Assembly: GCA_050115495.1 (NCBI GenBank)
Contig: JASFQK010000026.1
Span: 1-64,000 of the forward strand
DNA: 64,000 bases
Origin: Phycisphaerae bacterium
GTDB lineage: Bacteria > Planctomycetota > Phycisphaerae > UBA1845 > Fen-1342
Direction of reading: 5' to 3'
The first letter of the stretch is position 1. Each line of letters starts with the position of its first letter. Below, in pieces: positions 9,961-19,239 of the stretch. The notes beneath the pieces were generated by a model, which saw only the letters and a list, made by a program, of their open reading frames with translations, did no database searches and had not been told where the DNA came from. A program made the translations under genes and the position numbers.

Positions 9961-11466
9961 ATGAGCCAGGACCTGCTCCGCATTATCGATAGCATCTGCC
10001 GCGACAAGAACATCGACCGCGACTCGTTCGTCGCCGACCTCGAGAACGCGATGGCGACGGCGATCCGCAAGGCGTTCGAGGAATCGAGCGAGGCGGAGGT
10101 GCGGCTGGACCCGCTGAGCGGGAAGATCAGCGCCACGGTCGACGGGGCGCCGGTGGAGATGCAGGTTCTGGGCCGCATCGCCGCCCAGACGGCCAAGCAG
10201 GTCATCATCCAGAAGACGCGCGAGCGCGAGCGCAGCAGCATCTACGACGAGTTCACCGAGCGGCAGGGGACGATCATCACCGGTATGGTGACCCGCATCG
10301 AGGGTGGCAACCTGATCGTCAACCTCGGTCGCACGGAGGGTTTCCTGCCACGCAGCGAGCAGATTCCGGGCGAGACGCACCAGGTCGGCGAGCGCATCCG
10401 CGTGCTGGTGCTCGAGGTGCGCGACCTGCCGAACCAGGTGAAGATCATCCTCTCGCGGTCGCATCGTGACTTCATCGTGCGGCTGTTCGAGCTGGAGGTG
10501 CCCGAAGTTGCCGAGCGGATCATCGAGTGCAAGGCGCTGGCCCGCGAGGCCGGCTATCGCACGAAGGTGGCGGTCAGCAGCATCGACTCGAAGGTAGACG
10601 CGGTCGGGGCGTGCGTCGGCGTGCGCGGCAGCCGCATCAAGAACATCGTGGATGAGCTCGGCGGCGAGAAGATCGATATCGTCCGCTGGAACGAGTCGAG
10701 CCAGATTCTCATCCAGAACGCGCTGAAGCCGGCGGAAGTGCAGGAAATCGCCCTGTGCTTCGAGCTGGGCAAGGCGACGGTGGTGGTGGCCGAGGATCAG
10801 CTTTCGCTGGCCATCGGCAAGCGCGGGCAGAACGTGCGGCTGGCGGCGCGGCTGACGGGGTGGGACATCGACATTCTCACGCCGGCGGAATACACGAGGC
10901 ACCTTGAGGTGCTGTCGCAGACGATCAAGGCGGTCGAGGGCGTCGACGACGTGATCGTGGACAAGCTCGTGGCCATGGGCTGCGTGTCGGTCGGCGACGT
11001 GGACGAGGTGGGGCCGGAGCCGCTGGTCGGCGAACTGGGGCTCGACGCCGAATTGGCCGAGCGTCTGGTCGAGGCCGCCGGCGAGGAGGCCATCCACCAG
11101 GAAGAGCTGCGGCAGGAAGCCGACAAGGCCAAGGCGGCGGCGGCAAAGGCTGCGGCCGAAGCCGGTCCGCCGCCGGAGCCGGCGGAAGCACCGGCGGAGA
11201 CGGGCGAAGGGGCCCCGGTTTCGGGGTTCGTGGAGAGCCCGCCGGAGGAGTCGGCGCCGGGTGCGGAGGGCGCCGTGGCTGAGGTCGGCGCGACCGAGGC
11301 ACCGGCGGAGGGCGGCGAGGCTGCCGAGGCCGTCGAGGGTGCCGAGCCGCGGCCGGCGGATGCCGCGGAGCCTGTCGCTGAGGAGCCCGTCGCCGAAGAG
11401 CCGGTCGCGAGTGAGCCGGAGGCCGAGGCGAGTGCTGAGCCGACCGCTGAGCCGGAGACGCCCTGA
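9961..11466 (+). CDS. nusA: Transcription termination/antitermination factor NusA with long acidic tail
   Basis: GRIAAQTAKQVI, AREAGYRTKVAV, GACVGVRGSRIK, QLSLAIGKRGQNVRLA. Confidence 0.97.
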   Translation: MSQDLLRIIDSICRDKNIDRDSFVADLENAMATAIRKAFEESSEAEVRLDPLSGKISATVDGAPVEMQVLGRIAAQTAKQVIIQKTRERERSSIYDEFTERQGTIITGMVTRIEGGNLIVNLGRTEGFLPRSEQIPGETHQVGERIRVLVLEVRDLPNQVKIILSRSHRDFIVRLFELEVPEVAERIIECKALAREAGYRTKVAVSSIDSKVDAVGACVGVRGSRIKNIVDELGGEKIDIVRWNESSQILIQNALKPAEVQEIALCFELGKATVVVAEDQLSLAIGKRGQNVRLAARLTGWDIDILTPAEYTRHLEVLSQTIKAVEGVDDVIVDKLVAMGCVSVGDVDEVGPEPLVGELGLDAELAERLVEAAGEEAIHQEELRQEADKAKAAAAKAAAEAGPPPEPAEAPAETGEGAPVSGFVESPPEESAPGAEGAVAEVGATEAPAEGGEAAEAVEGAEPRPADAAEPVAEEPVAEEPVASEPEAEASAEPTAEPETP

Positions 11467-11763
11467 CGGTGTTCGGCGCGGTCGGTATCGCCGGGATTGG
11501 GTTGGCGCCCGCGGCGAACGTGTGCTACATTGGGGGTGGAGACCATTCCTCGTAATCGGAGTCGGCGGTGCGCAATTAGGTCATAGACACGATCGTCGCA
11601 CGAGCGTCGCCCCCTGGGTGAGCGCTGTGCGTTTGCCGATCGCGCGTGACCGCCGCCGGTCCAGTCCCTGTTTTGTGAGCTTTGCGGTCGCGCGCTGGGT
11701 AGTATGGGCGCTGGTTCGGCCGTCCGATGAAGGGCGGGCGGGCTCATCGCCGAAGGAGAGCCC

Positions 11764-13293
11764 ATGTCGGCGGCTCCACTCGAATTCCGGTCTGTGACGT
11801 TCACGTATGACACCGCGGCGCAACCGGTGCTGGCGGACCTGAGTTTGTGTTTCCCGCCGGGATGGACGGGGGTGATTGGGGCCAATGGTTGCGGGAAGAC
11901 CACGCTGCTGCGCTTGGCGACGGACGAGCTGACGCCGAGCGCTGGCCGGATCATCCGTCCGGCACGCGTCGTCTGCTGTCCGCAACGGACGGATGCGCCG
12001 CCGGAGGGGTTGGCGGCGCTGCTGCGTGACGATGCGCCGGCGGCGCATACGCTGCGCGGGCGACTTGGTATCGAGGCGGATTGGCCCGGCCGGTGGGAGA
12101 CGCTGAGTCATGGCGAGCGGAAGCGGGCGCAGGTCGGCGTCGTGCTGTGGCAGGAGCCGGATGTGCTCGCCCTGGACGAGCCGACGAATCACATCGACGC
12201 GGCGGCGCGGGCGCTGCTGCTGGCGGTGCTGCGTGAGTTTCGCGGCGTCGGGCTGCTGGTGAGTCACGATCGCGAATTGCTCGATGCGCTGTGCCGGTCG
12301 TGTTTGTTCATGGATCGTGGGCGGGCGGTGCTGCGACCCGGCGGCTACACAGCGGCCATCACGCAGCAACAGGCGGAGGATGAACGGGCGCGTGCGATGC
12401 GCGATCAGGCGCGGGCGGAAGTGCGGCGGATCGAGCGCGAGGCGCACGCTCGCCGACAGGAGGCTGCAAGGGCGCACAAATTGCGCTCGAAGCGGGGCAT
12501 CGCCGCCAAGGACCATGACGCGAAGGATGCGATCAACCGGGCGCGGCTGACGGGGAAGGATGGTGCCGCCGGCCGGAAGCTGCGGCAGATGCAGGGGCGG
12601 GCGGAGCAGGCGGCGGCGCGCGTGGCCGAGATCAACGTGCGCGGGTCGGTGAAGATGGGCGTGGCGCTCGGCGGTGAGCGGGCGCGGCGGCCGGTGCTGC
12701 TGCGGTTGCCGGAAGGGGAGGTGCCGCTCGGCGACGGGCGGATGCTCGTTCATCCGGAGCTGGAGGTGCGGGCGGATGCGCGCATCGCGCTGGTCGGTCC
12801 GAACGGGTCGGGCAAGAGCACGCTCGTACGCCACATCCTGGAGCGGCTGGATCTGCCGGCGGAGCGTGTGGTGTATCTGCCGCAGGAGATGCTGGCGACG
12901 GAAGGGGCGCGGCTGGCGGGCGAATTGCGGGCGCTGCCGCGGGCCGAGCGTGGCGAGGCGCTGTCGCACGTCAGCCGGCTGAACTCCGATCCGCGGGCGG
13001 TGCTCGAGACGGAGCTGCCCAGCCCGGGCGAAACGCGGAAGATCCGGCTGGCGCTGGGGATGGCGTACGCGCCGCACCTGATCGTCCTGGACGAGCCGAC
13101 CAATCACCTCGATCTGCCGTCGATTGAAGCGCTCGAAGCGGCGCTGGCCGAATGTCCGGCGGCGCTATTGCTGGTCAGTCACGACCGGGTGTTTCTGGAG
13201 CGGCTGGCGCGGACGTGGTGGCAGATTGAGGCGGACGCTGGTGGCGGCGGAACGTGCCTGCGGATTGGCCCGGGCCGGCGGGCGACGCGGTAG
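11764..13293 (+). CDS. ABC-F family ATPase (two NBDs, no TM)
   Basis: GANGCGKTT, LSHGE, LDEPTNHID; GPNGSGKST, SPGE, LDEPTNHLD, VSHDR; helical linker. Confidence 0.9.
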   Translation: MSAAPLEFRSVTFTYDTAAQPVLADLSLCFPPGWTGVIGANGCGKTTLLRLATDELTPSAGRIIRPARVVCCPQRTDAPPEGLAALLRDDAPAAHTLRGRLGIEADWPGRWETLSHGERKRAQVGVVLWQEPDVLALDEPTNHIDAAARALLLAVLREFRGVGLLVSHDRELLDALCRSCLFMDRGRAVLRPGGYTAAITQQQAEDERARAMRDQARAEVRRIEREAHARRQEAARAHKLRSKRGIAAKDHDAKDAINRARLTGKDGAAGRKLRQMQGRAEQAAARVAEINVRGSVKMGVALGGERARRPVLLRLPEGEVPLGDGRMLVHPELEVRADARIALVGPNGSGKSTLVRHILERLDLPAERVVYLPQEMLATEGARLAGELRALPRAERGEALSHVSRLNSDPRAVLETELPSPGETRKIRLALGMAYAPHLIVLDEPTNHLDLPSIEALEAALAECPAALLLVSHDRVFLERLARTWWQIEADAGGGGTCLRIGPGRRATR

Positions 13294-13383
13294 AGATGCC
13301 CGCCGGCGGGGCCGATTGCCAATCGGCGTGCGTGATAGCTTGGCCGCGGGAAGACGCTGTCGGCCGAAGGGGGCAGCGGGCGC

Positions 13384-14970
13384 CTACTGCTCCAGTTCAC
13401 GCGTGACCATGTAGGCGACCTTCCAGTCGGGTCTGCGGCCCACGTCGACGACGCGGACGGACCAGCCATCGTAGTCGCCATCGGAGTCGAAGAAATCGAC
13501 ATCGAGTGGGGCGGCAGCCGTTCCGGAGGTAATCGTCAGGAGATTTGCGTGATTCAACACCGCCCACTTGATCGGGTAGCAGTCGTCGCCGCCGGCACAC
13601 GCCCTGATGAAGAGGTCGAACGTTCCGACGATCCCGGCGACAGCCTGTGTGGCGGCCGTATTCCAGTCGCCTTCCGCCACGGCGACGCCAGCGCTGGCGA
13701 CCAGTTGCAGGGTGGCGATGACCTCTTCCTTGCTCGGACTGCCCGAATCCGCTTCGAGCACCTGATAGATGAAGAAGAGCGGTTCCGGGGGGGCAATGGC
13801 ATTGGCACTGGAGATGCTGTCGCTGACTACGTACTGGTCCTGGCAGTACAGATACTCCTTGTTTCTGGTGATTTCCGGGGCCTTCTCCGTCCTGCCGCAC
13901 CGTGTGTAGCCCGGTCCGAAGCAGATCCAGGCGACGTACGGTTCGTCGCCGTCGCAGCCCCACTCCCAGTTCTCGTCATCGGCGCACCGCAACGACTTGA
14001 TGCCGACGATGTGGACGACGTATTTTGCGGGGGCTTCTTCCGGCGGCGTCTCCTCGGCTTGCGGCGGTATATCCAGCTTGCTCACGAGTGCGGCACGGGC
14101 GGTGACCACGGACACCTGCTGGTGGATGTCGGCAGTCCGGAGAGCCTTGACGCCCAGGCGGGACACGACCGACGATTCCTCCTGATTCAGGTTGTCCACG
14201 GCGCGGGTCATCAATCGGTCCAGAACCTCGGGCGCGATTCCGGATTGCGCGAGGTTCTCCGAGAAGCTCCGCTCGACGGGTGATTGACCGCCCGGATAGC
14301 CGGCCTTGTGCCGCTCGAACAGGCGCTTGAATACCCAGGCGAGGGATGGGTCCTCGATTTTGGCGAGCGCCTCGCGCAAGTCTGTGCGCTGGCGGAAAGT
14401 CTCGGCGCGCTGCTTTCGCTGCTGATCGACGCACTGGATGAGCAGACGTCCCTTCAACTGCTCCTTCGTGGTGTTGGTCAGCACGCCGTGCGCTGTGGGT
14501 GTGCCGGGGCGGAGCATGAACTCGAACGTGTTCTCGTCGCCGTCGAAGACCGCGTGTGCGCGCACGGCCTTGTCGTTGACGTACAGGTCGAACTTGCAGA
14601 GCGGCGATCGCGAGACCTTCTGTTCGTTGATGCGTTTCCGCAACAGCTTCTCGATCGTGGCCCGCGTGTGGGGGCGTCTCGGTGTCCGCGTGGGCTTGAC
14701 CCGTTCCTGCGGCGTCAGCGATTCGTCGCTGCGCTTCAGCTCGGCCGGTGTGGCGAAGTGCACATGGACGATCGTGCCGCCCGGATGGGTCGGCACCTGG
14801 ACCTCGGATTGCCCGCCGGGAGCCAGGTCGATGTCGTGCATGGTCTCGGTGACCGCCTCCGGAGGGAGCTCGTCCGGTTTGTCGGGCACCTCCCTCGGCG
14901 TATATGTTGGCTGGGCCTGGGCCAACAGCCCCAGTCCTGCAATCATGACAATAATGGCAGTGGCTTTCAT
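13384..14970 (-). CDS. Secreted hypothetical protein
   Basis: GGAGG before ATG at 14970; signal peptide MKATAIIVMIAGLGLLAQA; coding-like codon bias. Confidence 0.8.
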   Translation of the reverse strand: MKATAIIVMIAGLGLLAQAQPTYTPREVPDKPDELPPEAVTETMHDIDLAPGGQSEVQVPTHPGGTIVHVHFATPAELKRSDESLTPQERVKPTRTPRRPHTRATIEKLLRKRINEQKVSRSPLCKFDLYVNDKAVRAHAVFDGDENTFEFMLRPGTPTAHGVLTNTTKEQLKGRLLIQCVDQQRKQRAETFRQRTDLREALAKIEDPSLAWVFKRLFERHKAGYPGGQSPVERSFSENLAQSGIAPEVLDRLMTRAVDNLNQEESSVVSRLGVKALRTADIHQQVSVVTARAALVSKLDIPPQAEETPPEEAPAKYVVHIVGIKSLRCADDENWEWGCDGDEPYVAWICFGPGYTRCGRTEKAPEITRNKEYLYCQDQYVVSDSISSANAIAPPEPLFFIYQVLEADSGSPSKEEVIATLQLVASAGVAVAEGDWNTAATQAVAGIVGTFDLFIRACAGGDDCYPIKWAVLNHANLLTITSGTAAAPLDVDFFDSDGDYDGWSVRVVDVGRRPDWKVAYMVTRELEQ

Positions 14971-15194
14971 GGCTTCCTCCTTTGTGACGTGAACTACCCA
15001 GTGATATGACGCGGCCCGGAAAGAAATGCCGGTGACCGGGAGGCACCTTGTGTGATCTGACAGGATGCCGGGAAACCGGACCGGAGTTCCCCGTCTGCCC
15101 GATCTCAGAAAGCGAACATACTCGGATGAGTCGGTGTCGACAAGCGGATGGACGACTGTGCGCACGCGGCTTCTTCGGCCACGCGCAGCGGCGG

Positions 15195-15998
15195 TCAGCC
15201 AAAGAGCTGTCGGATGGTTGTGCCGGGGTCGCCGCTGCGCATCAGGGTTTCGCCGACGAGCAGGGCGCGGGCGCCGGCGGTGTGCATGCGGAAGACGTCG
15301 GCGCGTGTTTTGATGCCGCTCTCGGCGACGATGGGTGTGCCGGGCGGGACGAGGGCGGCGAGACGCTCGGTGGTGGCGAGGTCGATGGTCTGTGTGGCCA
15401 AGTCGCGGTTGTTCAGGCCGAGCAGCAATTCGGTGCGGCGCTCGGCGTCGAGCGCGCCCAGCACCTCCACGAGCACCTCGCGCGAGTGCACTTCGAGCAG
15501 CACGGTCAGACCCAGTTCCTTGGCGAGGTCGAGCAGCGGCAGGAGGTCGGCCATTCTGAGTGCTTCGGCGATCAGCAGCACGGCGTCCGCCCCGCAGGCG
15601 CGGCTCTCGTGCACCTGGTACGGGTCGATGATGAAGTCCTTGCGCAGCACGGGCAGGCCGACGGCGTCCTTAACCTGGGCGATGAAGTCGAGGTCGCCGG
15701 CGAAGTAGACGGCGTCGGTCAGCACGCTGAGGGCGTGGGCCCCGCCGGCGGCGTAGGCGGCGGCGATGCGGGCCGGGTCGAAATCGTCCCGGATCACGCC
15801 GGCAGAGGGGCTGCGGCGCTTGATTTCGGCGATGAGGTTGGGGCGGCCCGGCCGCGGGGCGGCGACGGCGCCGTAGAAGTTCCGGCGGGGCAGGGCATAG
15901 CCGCGCATGGCCCGCAGAGATTCCAGCGGTCGGACCGCGCGAGCCTGCTCGACTTCCCGGCGTTTGTTCGCGAGAATCTCGTCCAGTACGTTCGCCAA
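15195..15998 (-). CDS. trpC: Indole-3-glycerol phosphate synthase
   Basis: IAEIKRRSPSAG, LSVLTD, LRKDFII, GADAVLLI, GLNNRDL, AESGI. Confidence 0.96.
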   Translation of the reverse strand: MANVLDEILANKRREVEQARAVRPLESLRAMRGYALPRRNFYGAVAAPRPGRPNLIAEIKRRSPSAGVIRDDFDPARIAAAYAAGGAHALSVLTDAVYFAGDLDFIAQVKDAVGLPVLRKDFIIDPYQVHESRACGADAVLLIAEALRMADLLPLLDLAKELGLTVLLEVHSREVLVEVLGALDAERRTELLLGLNNRDLATQTIDLATTERLAALVPPGTPIVAESGIKTRADVFRMHTAGARALLVGETLMRSGDPGTTIRQLFG

Positions 15999-16030
15999 GA
16001 CCGCGCTCCGAACAGGAGACCAAGTTCCGC

Positions 16031-16909
16031 ATGCTAGCCGCTCTCGGACTCTCCTCGCAAGTTGCCGAAACCGCCGATGTCGTGCTGGTCGTGCTCGGCG
16101 GCGTGTGTGTGCTGGGTTACGCCGTGTGGCTGGTGGGCAGCGGGCGGTGGCGTGATCCGCTGGCGGGCGTGGAGAGCACCGGCGACGGGCCCTCGCTCCT
16201 GAACATCGGCGCGGTCCTGCTGATGCTCGTCGGGCTGACGCTGGTGCTGGCCTCGGCGCTCCTGCCGCCGCAGGGGGTCTTTCCGGAGACCGGGCCGGGA
16301 ACGGTGCGCTGGTACACGTTCAACGTCGCGGAGTCGCTGGCGAAGCTGATCTGCGCGGGCGCGATGATCATGATGCTGCGGCAGACACGCTCGTTCCGGG
16401 ACGCGGGCCGGGCGGGGCTGGGCGTGGGGCGGCTGGTGGCCATCGGGATCGGCGGGGCGCTGGTGGTCGCCACGATCTGCACGGTGCAGCTCAAGATGAC
16501 GACAATCATGTGGCAGTGGCTGCACCCGGGGCAAACGCCGCCGGTACACCCGGTGCTCATCGCTCTTCGCGATAACGCCTGGGGCAATTGGGGGTGCGTC
16601 ACGCTGCTGCTCTCGGCGACGCTGGTGGCGCCGCTGGCCGAGGAGCTGTTCTTCCGCGGGCTGGTGCTCCAGGCGACGTGGCGCTATACGGGGCACGCGT
16701 GGGGGGCGGTGCTGACGTCGGGGCTGGCTTTCGGCTGGATCCACGGCCAGCCGCAGGACGTGCTGCCGCTGTGCACGATGGGGCTGATCCTGGGCTACGT
16801 TCGGATGCGGACGCGCTCGCTGACGGCGTGCGTGCTGATTCACATGCTGTTCAACGCGCGGACGATGGTGACGGCGATCCTGTTCCCGGAATTGCTCACG
16901 GCGTCTTAA
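16031..16909 (+). CDS. CPBP (CAAX/Abi) intramembrane glutamic endopeptidase
   Basis: APLAEELFFRG, FGWIH, HMLFN; multiple TMs. Confidence 0.9.
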   Translation: MLAALGLSSQVAETADVVLVVLGGVCVLGYAVWLVGSGRWRDPLAGVESTGDGPSLLNIGAVLLMLVGLTLVLASALLPPQGVFPETGPGTVRWYTFNVAESLAKLICAGAMIMMLRQTRSFRDAGRAGLGVGRLVAIGIGGALVVATICTVQLKMTTIMWQWLHPGQTPPVHPVLIALRDNAWGNWGCVTLLLSATLVAPLAEELFFRGLVLQATWRYTGHAWGAVLTSGLAFGWIHGQPQDVLPLCTMGLILGYVRMRTRSLTACVLIHMLFNARTMVTAILFPELLTAS

Positions 16910-16943
16910 CACGCGCGGTGGGTGGGGGCGTTTGTTGGTGTTT

Positions 16944-17030
16944 GACGTCGGCCACAGGGGGCCGACGCTACCGGAAGACGTCCGACACGGACGTCGGACG
17001 CTACGGGATGTCCGGCGCGGAGCCCGGACG
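16944..17030 (-). repeat. REP cluster (three GTAG-type hairpins)
   Basis: 16944-16971, 16977-17004 and a partial third copy. Confidence 0.85.
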
Positions 17031-17038
17031 GGTTTGAC

Positions 17039-17069
17039 TTGACGGGCGGGGGGCTCGCCGGTATATCTT
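17039..17069 (+). promoter_or_regulatory. Putative sigma70 promoter of guaB (possibly leaderless mRNA)
   Basis: TTGACG...TATATCTT a few bp before the ATG; no SD visible. Confidence 0.45.
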
Positions 17070-17073
17070 GCGC

Positions 17074-18549
17074 ATGGTCGACAATTCCATCAGCCACAAG
17101 GTCGTGTTCGAGGGGCTCACGTTTGATGATGTACTGCTGATTCCCGCGCGGGCGTCGGTGCACCCGCGCGAGCTCGACGTGAGCACGCAACTCACCCGCA
17201 CCATCCGCATCAACATTCCGCTGGTCAGTGCTCCGATGGACACGGTCACGGAAAGCGGACTGGCGATCGCGCTCGCCCAGGAGGGCGGGATCGGCGTCAT
17301 TCACCGCAACCTCACCATCGAGGCCCAGACGCGCGAGGTGCACAAGGTCAAGCGCTCGGAAAGCGGCGTCATTCTCGATCCGGTGACGCTGCGCCCGAAC
17401 GACTCGATCGCGCGGGCCGAAGAGGTGATGCGGCTGCAAAACGTCAGCGGCATCCCGATCACGACCGACAACGGTCGGCTCGTCGGTATTCTCACCCGGC
17501 GGGATCTGAAATTCCTCGAGTCGCTCGATCGGCGAATCGAAGAAGTGATGACGCGCGAAAATCTCGTGCAGGCTCCGCCGAATACGACCCTGGATGACGC
17601 CGAAGCGATCCTGAAACGGGCGAAGGTGGAGAAGCTGCTATTGGTGGATCAGCGGGGAATTCTGGCCGGGCTGATCACGATGCGCGACATCGAGCGGGCC
17701 CGCGAGTACCCGCAGCGGTGCAAGGACGATCGCGGGCGGTTGCGCGTGGGGGCGGCGATCGGCGTGCACGACTACGAACGGGCCGAGCAGCTCATCCAGT
17801 CCGACGTGGACGTTATCGTCGTGGATACGGCCCACGGGCACAGCGACGCGGTTCTGGAGACGATTCGCAACCTCCGCCGGCAGCATGACATTCAGATCAT
17901 CGCCGGCAACGTGGCGACGGCGGAGGGGTGCGTGGACCTGGTGGAGGCGGGGGCGGACGCGGTGAAGGTGGGCATCGGGCCCGGAGCGATCTGCACGACG
18001 CGGGTGGTCACCGGGGCGGGTATTCCGCAGATTTCGGCGATTCTGGACGTGGCCCGCGTGGCGCAGGTGCCGATCATCGCCGACGGCGGCATCCGTTTTA
18101 GCGGCGACGTGGTGAAGGCGCTGGCGGCGGGAGCGCATGCGGTAATGCTGGGCTCGCTGCTGGCGGGACTGGACGAATCCCCTGGTCAGCTCGTACTCTG
18201 GAAGGGCCGGCGGTTCAAGGAATACCGCGGCATGGGCTCCATCGGGGCGATGATGGCCGGCAGTGCCGACCGCTACGGGCAGTCGGCGCAGCAGCCGAAG
18301 AAACTGGTACCCGAGGGTGTCGAAGGCCGGGTGCCGTATCGCGGGCAGTTGAGCGAGTATGTGTTCCAGCTCATCGGCGGCCTGCGGCAGGGCATGGGTT
18401 ACAGCGGCGTGCGGACAATCGACGAGCTGCGGGACAAGGCTCGCTTTGTGCGAGTCACCGCGGCGGGCGTCGTGGAGTCGCACCCGCACGACATCACCAT
18501 TACGAAGGAACCGACGAACTATGCGATCGACTATGCGACCGAGCAGTAA
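17074..18549 (+). CDS. guaB: IMP dehydrogenase
   Basis: [21 protein letters not shown] pair, [26 protein letters not shown]. Confidence 0.97.
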   Translation: MVDNSISHKVVFEGLTFDDVLLIPARASVHPRELDVSTQLTRTIRINIPLVSAPMDTVTESGLAIALAQEGGIGVIHRNLTIEAQTREVHKVKRSESGVILDPVTLRPNDSIARAEEVMRLQNVSGIPITTDNGRLVGILTRRDLKFLESLDRRIEEVMTRENLVQAPPNTTLDDAEAILKRAKVEKLLLVDQRGILAGLITMRDIERAREYPQRCKDDRGRLRVGAAIGVHDYERAEQLIQSDVDVIVVDTAHGHSDAVLETIRNLRRQHDIQIIAGNVATAEGCVDLVEAGADAVKVGIGPGAICTTRVVTGAGIPQISAILDVARVAQVPIIADGGIRFSGDVVKALAAGAHAVMLGSLLAGLDESPGQLVLWKGRRFKEYRGMGSIGAMMAGSADRYGQSAQQPKKLVPEGVEGRVPYRGQLSEYVFQLIGGLRQGMGYSGVRTIDELRDKARFVRVTAAGVVESHPHDITITKEPTNYAIDYATEQ

Positions 18550-19114
18550 GCTGGCCCGGGCCGCCGGTTGGGGCGGCGTGCTGGTGCTGGTCCTCGTTCT
18601 GGCGGGCTGTGCACACGTTCCGAACCAGTTCCGCGAGGACGGGCCGTCGGTGGGCGTGACCCTCGATTCGCCCACGGTGCAGGACGTGAAGTCGCGCGTC
18701 AGCCCGGCGGAGCCGACGTGCCGCGGCTGGCACGTGCAGACCGTCTCCGCCGAGAGCGGGGCCGTGACGCATTGGCCGCTGTACTTCGAGGATCCGTTCG
18801 AGGACAAGGGGCACGGTCGCACCGACCAGACGCACCCGGGCAACGTGTACCACCTCGGTTGGGAAGATTACCTGGCGATGCCGTACGGGCTGGCTCGCTT
18901 CACGGCGAACTGGCTCATGCTGCCGGTCAGCGCCGTGGTCACGCCGCCGTGGACGCTGATGGAGAGCGACGGCAAGCTCAGCCGGCAGATCCTCGGCTAT
19001 GACCACGACGCCACACGGGCTCGGGCCACGGCCGCTCCGGAAGAACCGGCGCCCGCGGAACCGCCCGCTTCGCAGGACGAGCCGGCGGCGACGGATACGC
19101 AGCAGAGCGCCTGA
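18533..19114 (+). CDS. Lipoprotein, planctomycete-type (HWPLYFED motif)
   Basis: Lipobox VLAG-C; start uncertain, overlaps the guaB end. Confidence 0.7.
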   Translation: MRPSSKLARAAGWGGVLVLVLVLAGCAHVPNQFREDGPSVGVTLDSPTVQDVKSRVSPAEPTCRGWHVQTVSAESGAVTHWPLYFEDPFEDKGHGRTDQTHPGNVYHLGWEDYLAMPYGLARFTANWLMLPVSAVVTPPWTLMESDGKLSRQILGYDHDATRARATAAPEEPAPAEPPASQDEPAATDTQQSA

Positions 19115-19239
19115 CAGAATCACCCTGGGGGAGAGTCTTTGGTCGTTGATCGGCCCGGCGGGGCAACTGGGCTCGCGCCGGGCGACATTGCGCGCCGGCG
19201 GTGGCCGGTGAGCGACGCGGGGGCGTTGGGGAGTTGGAC

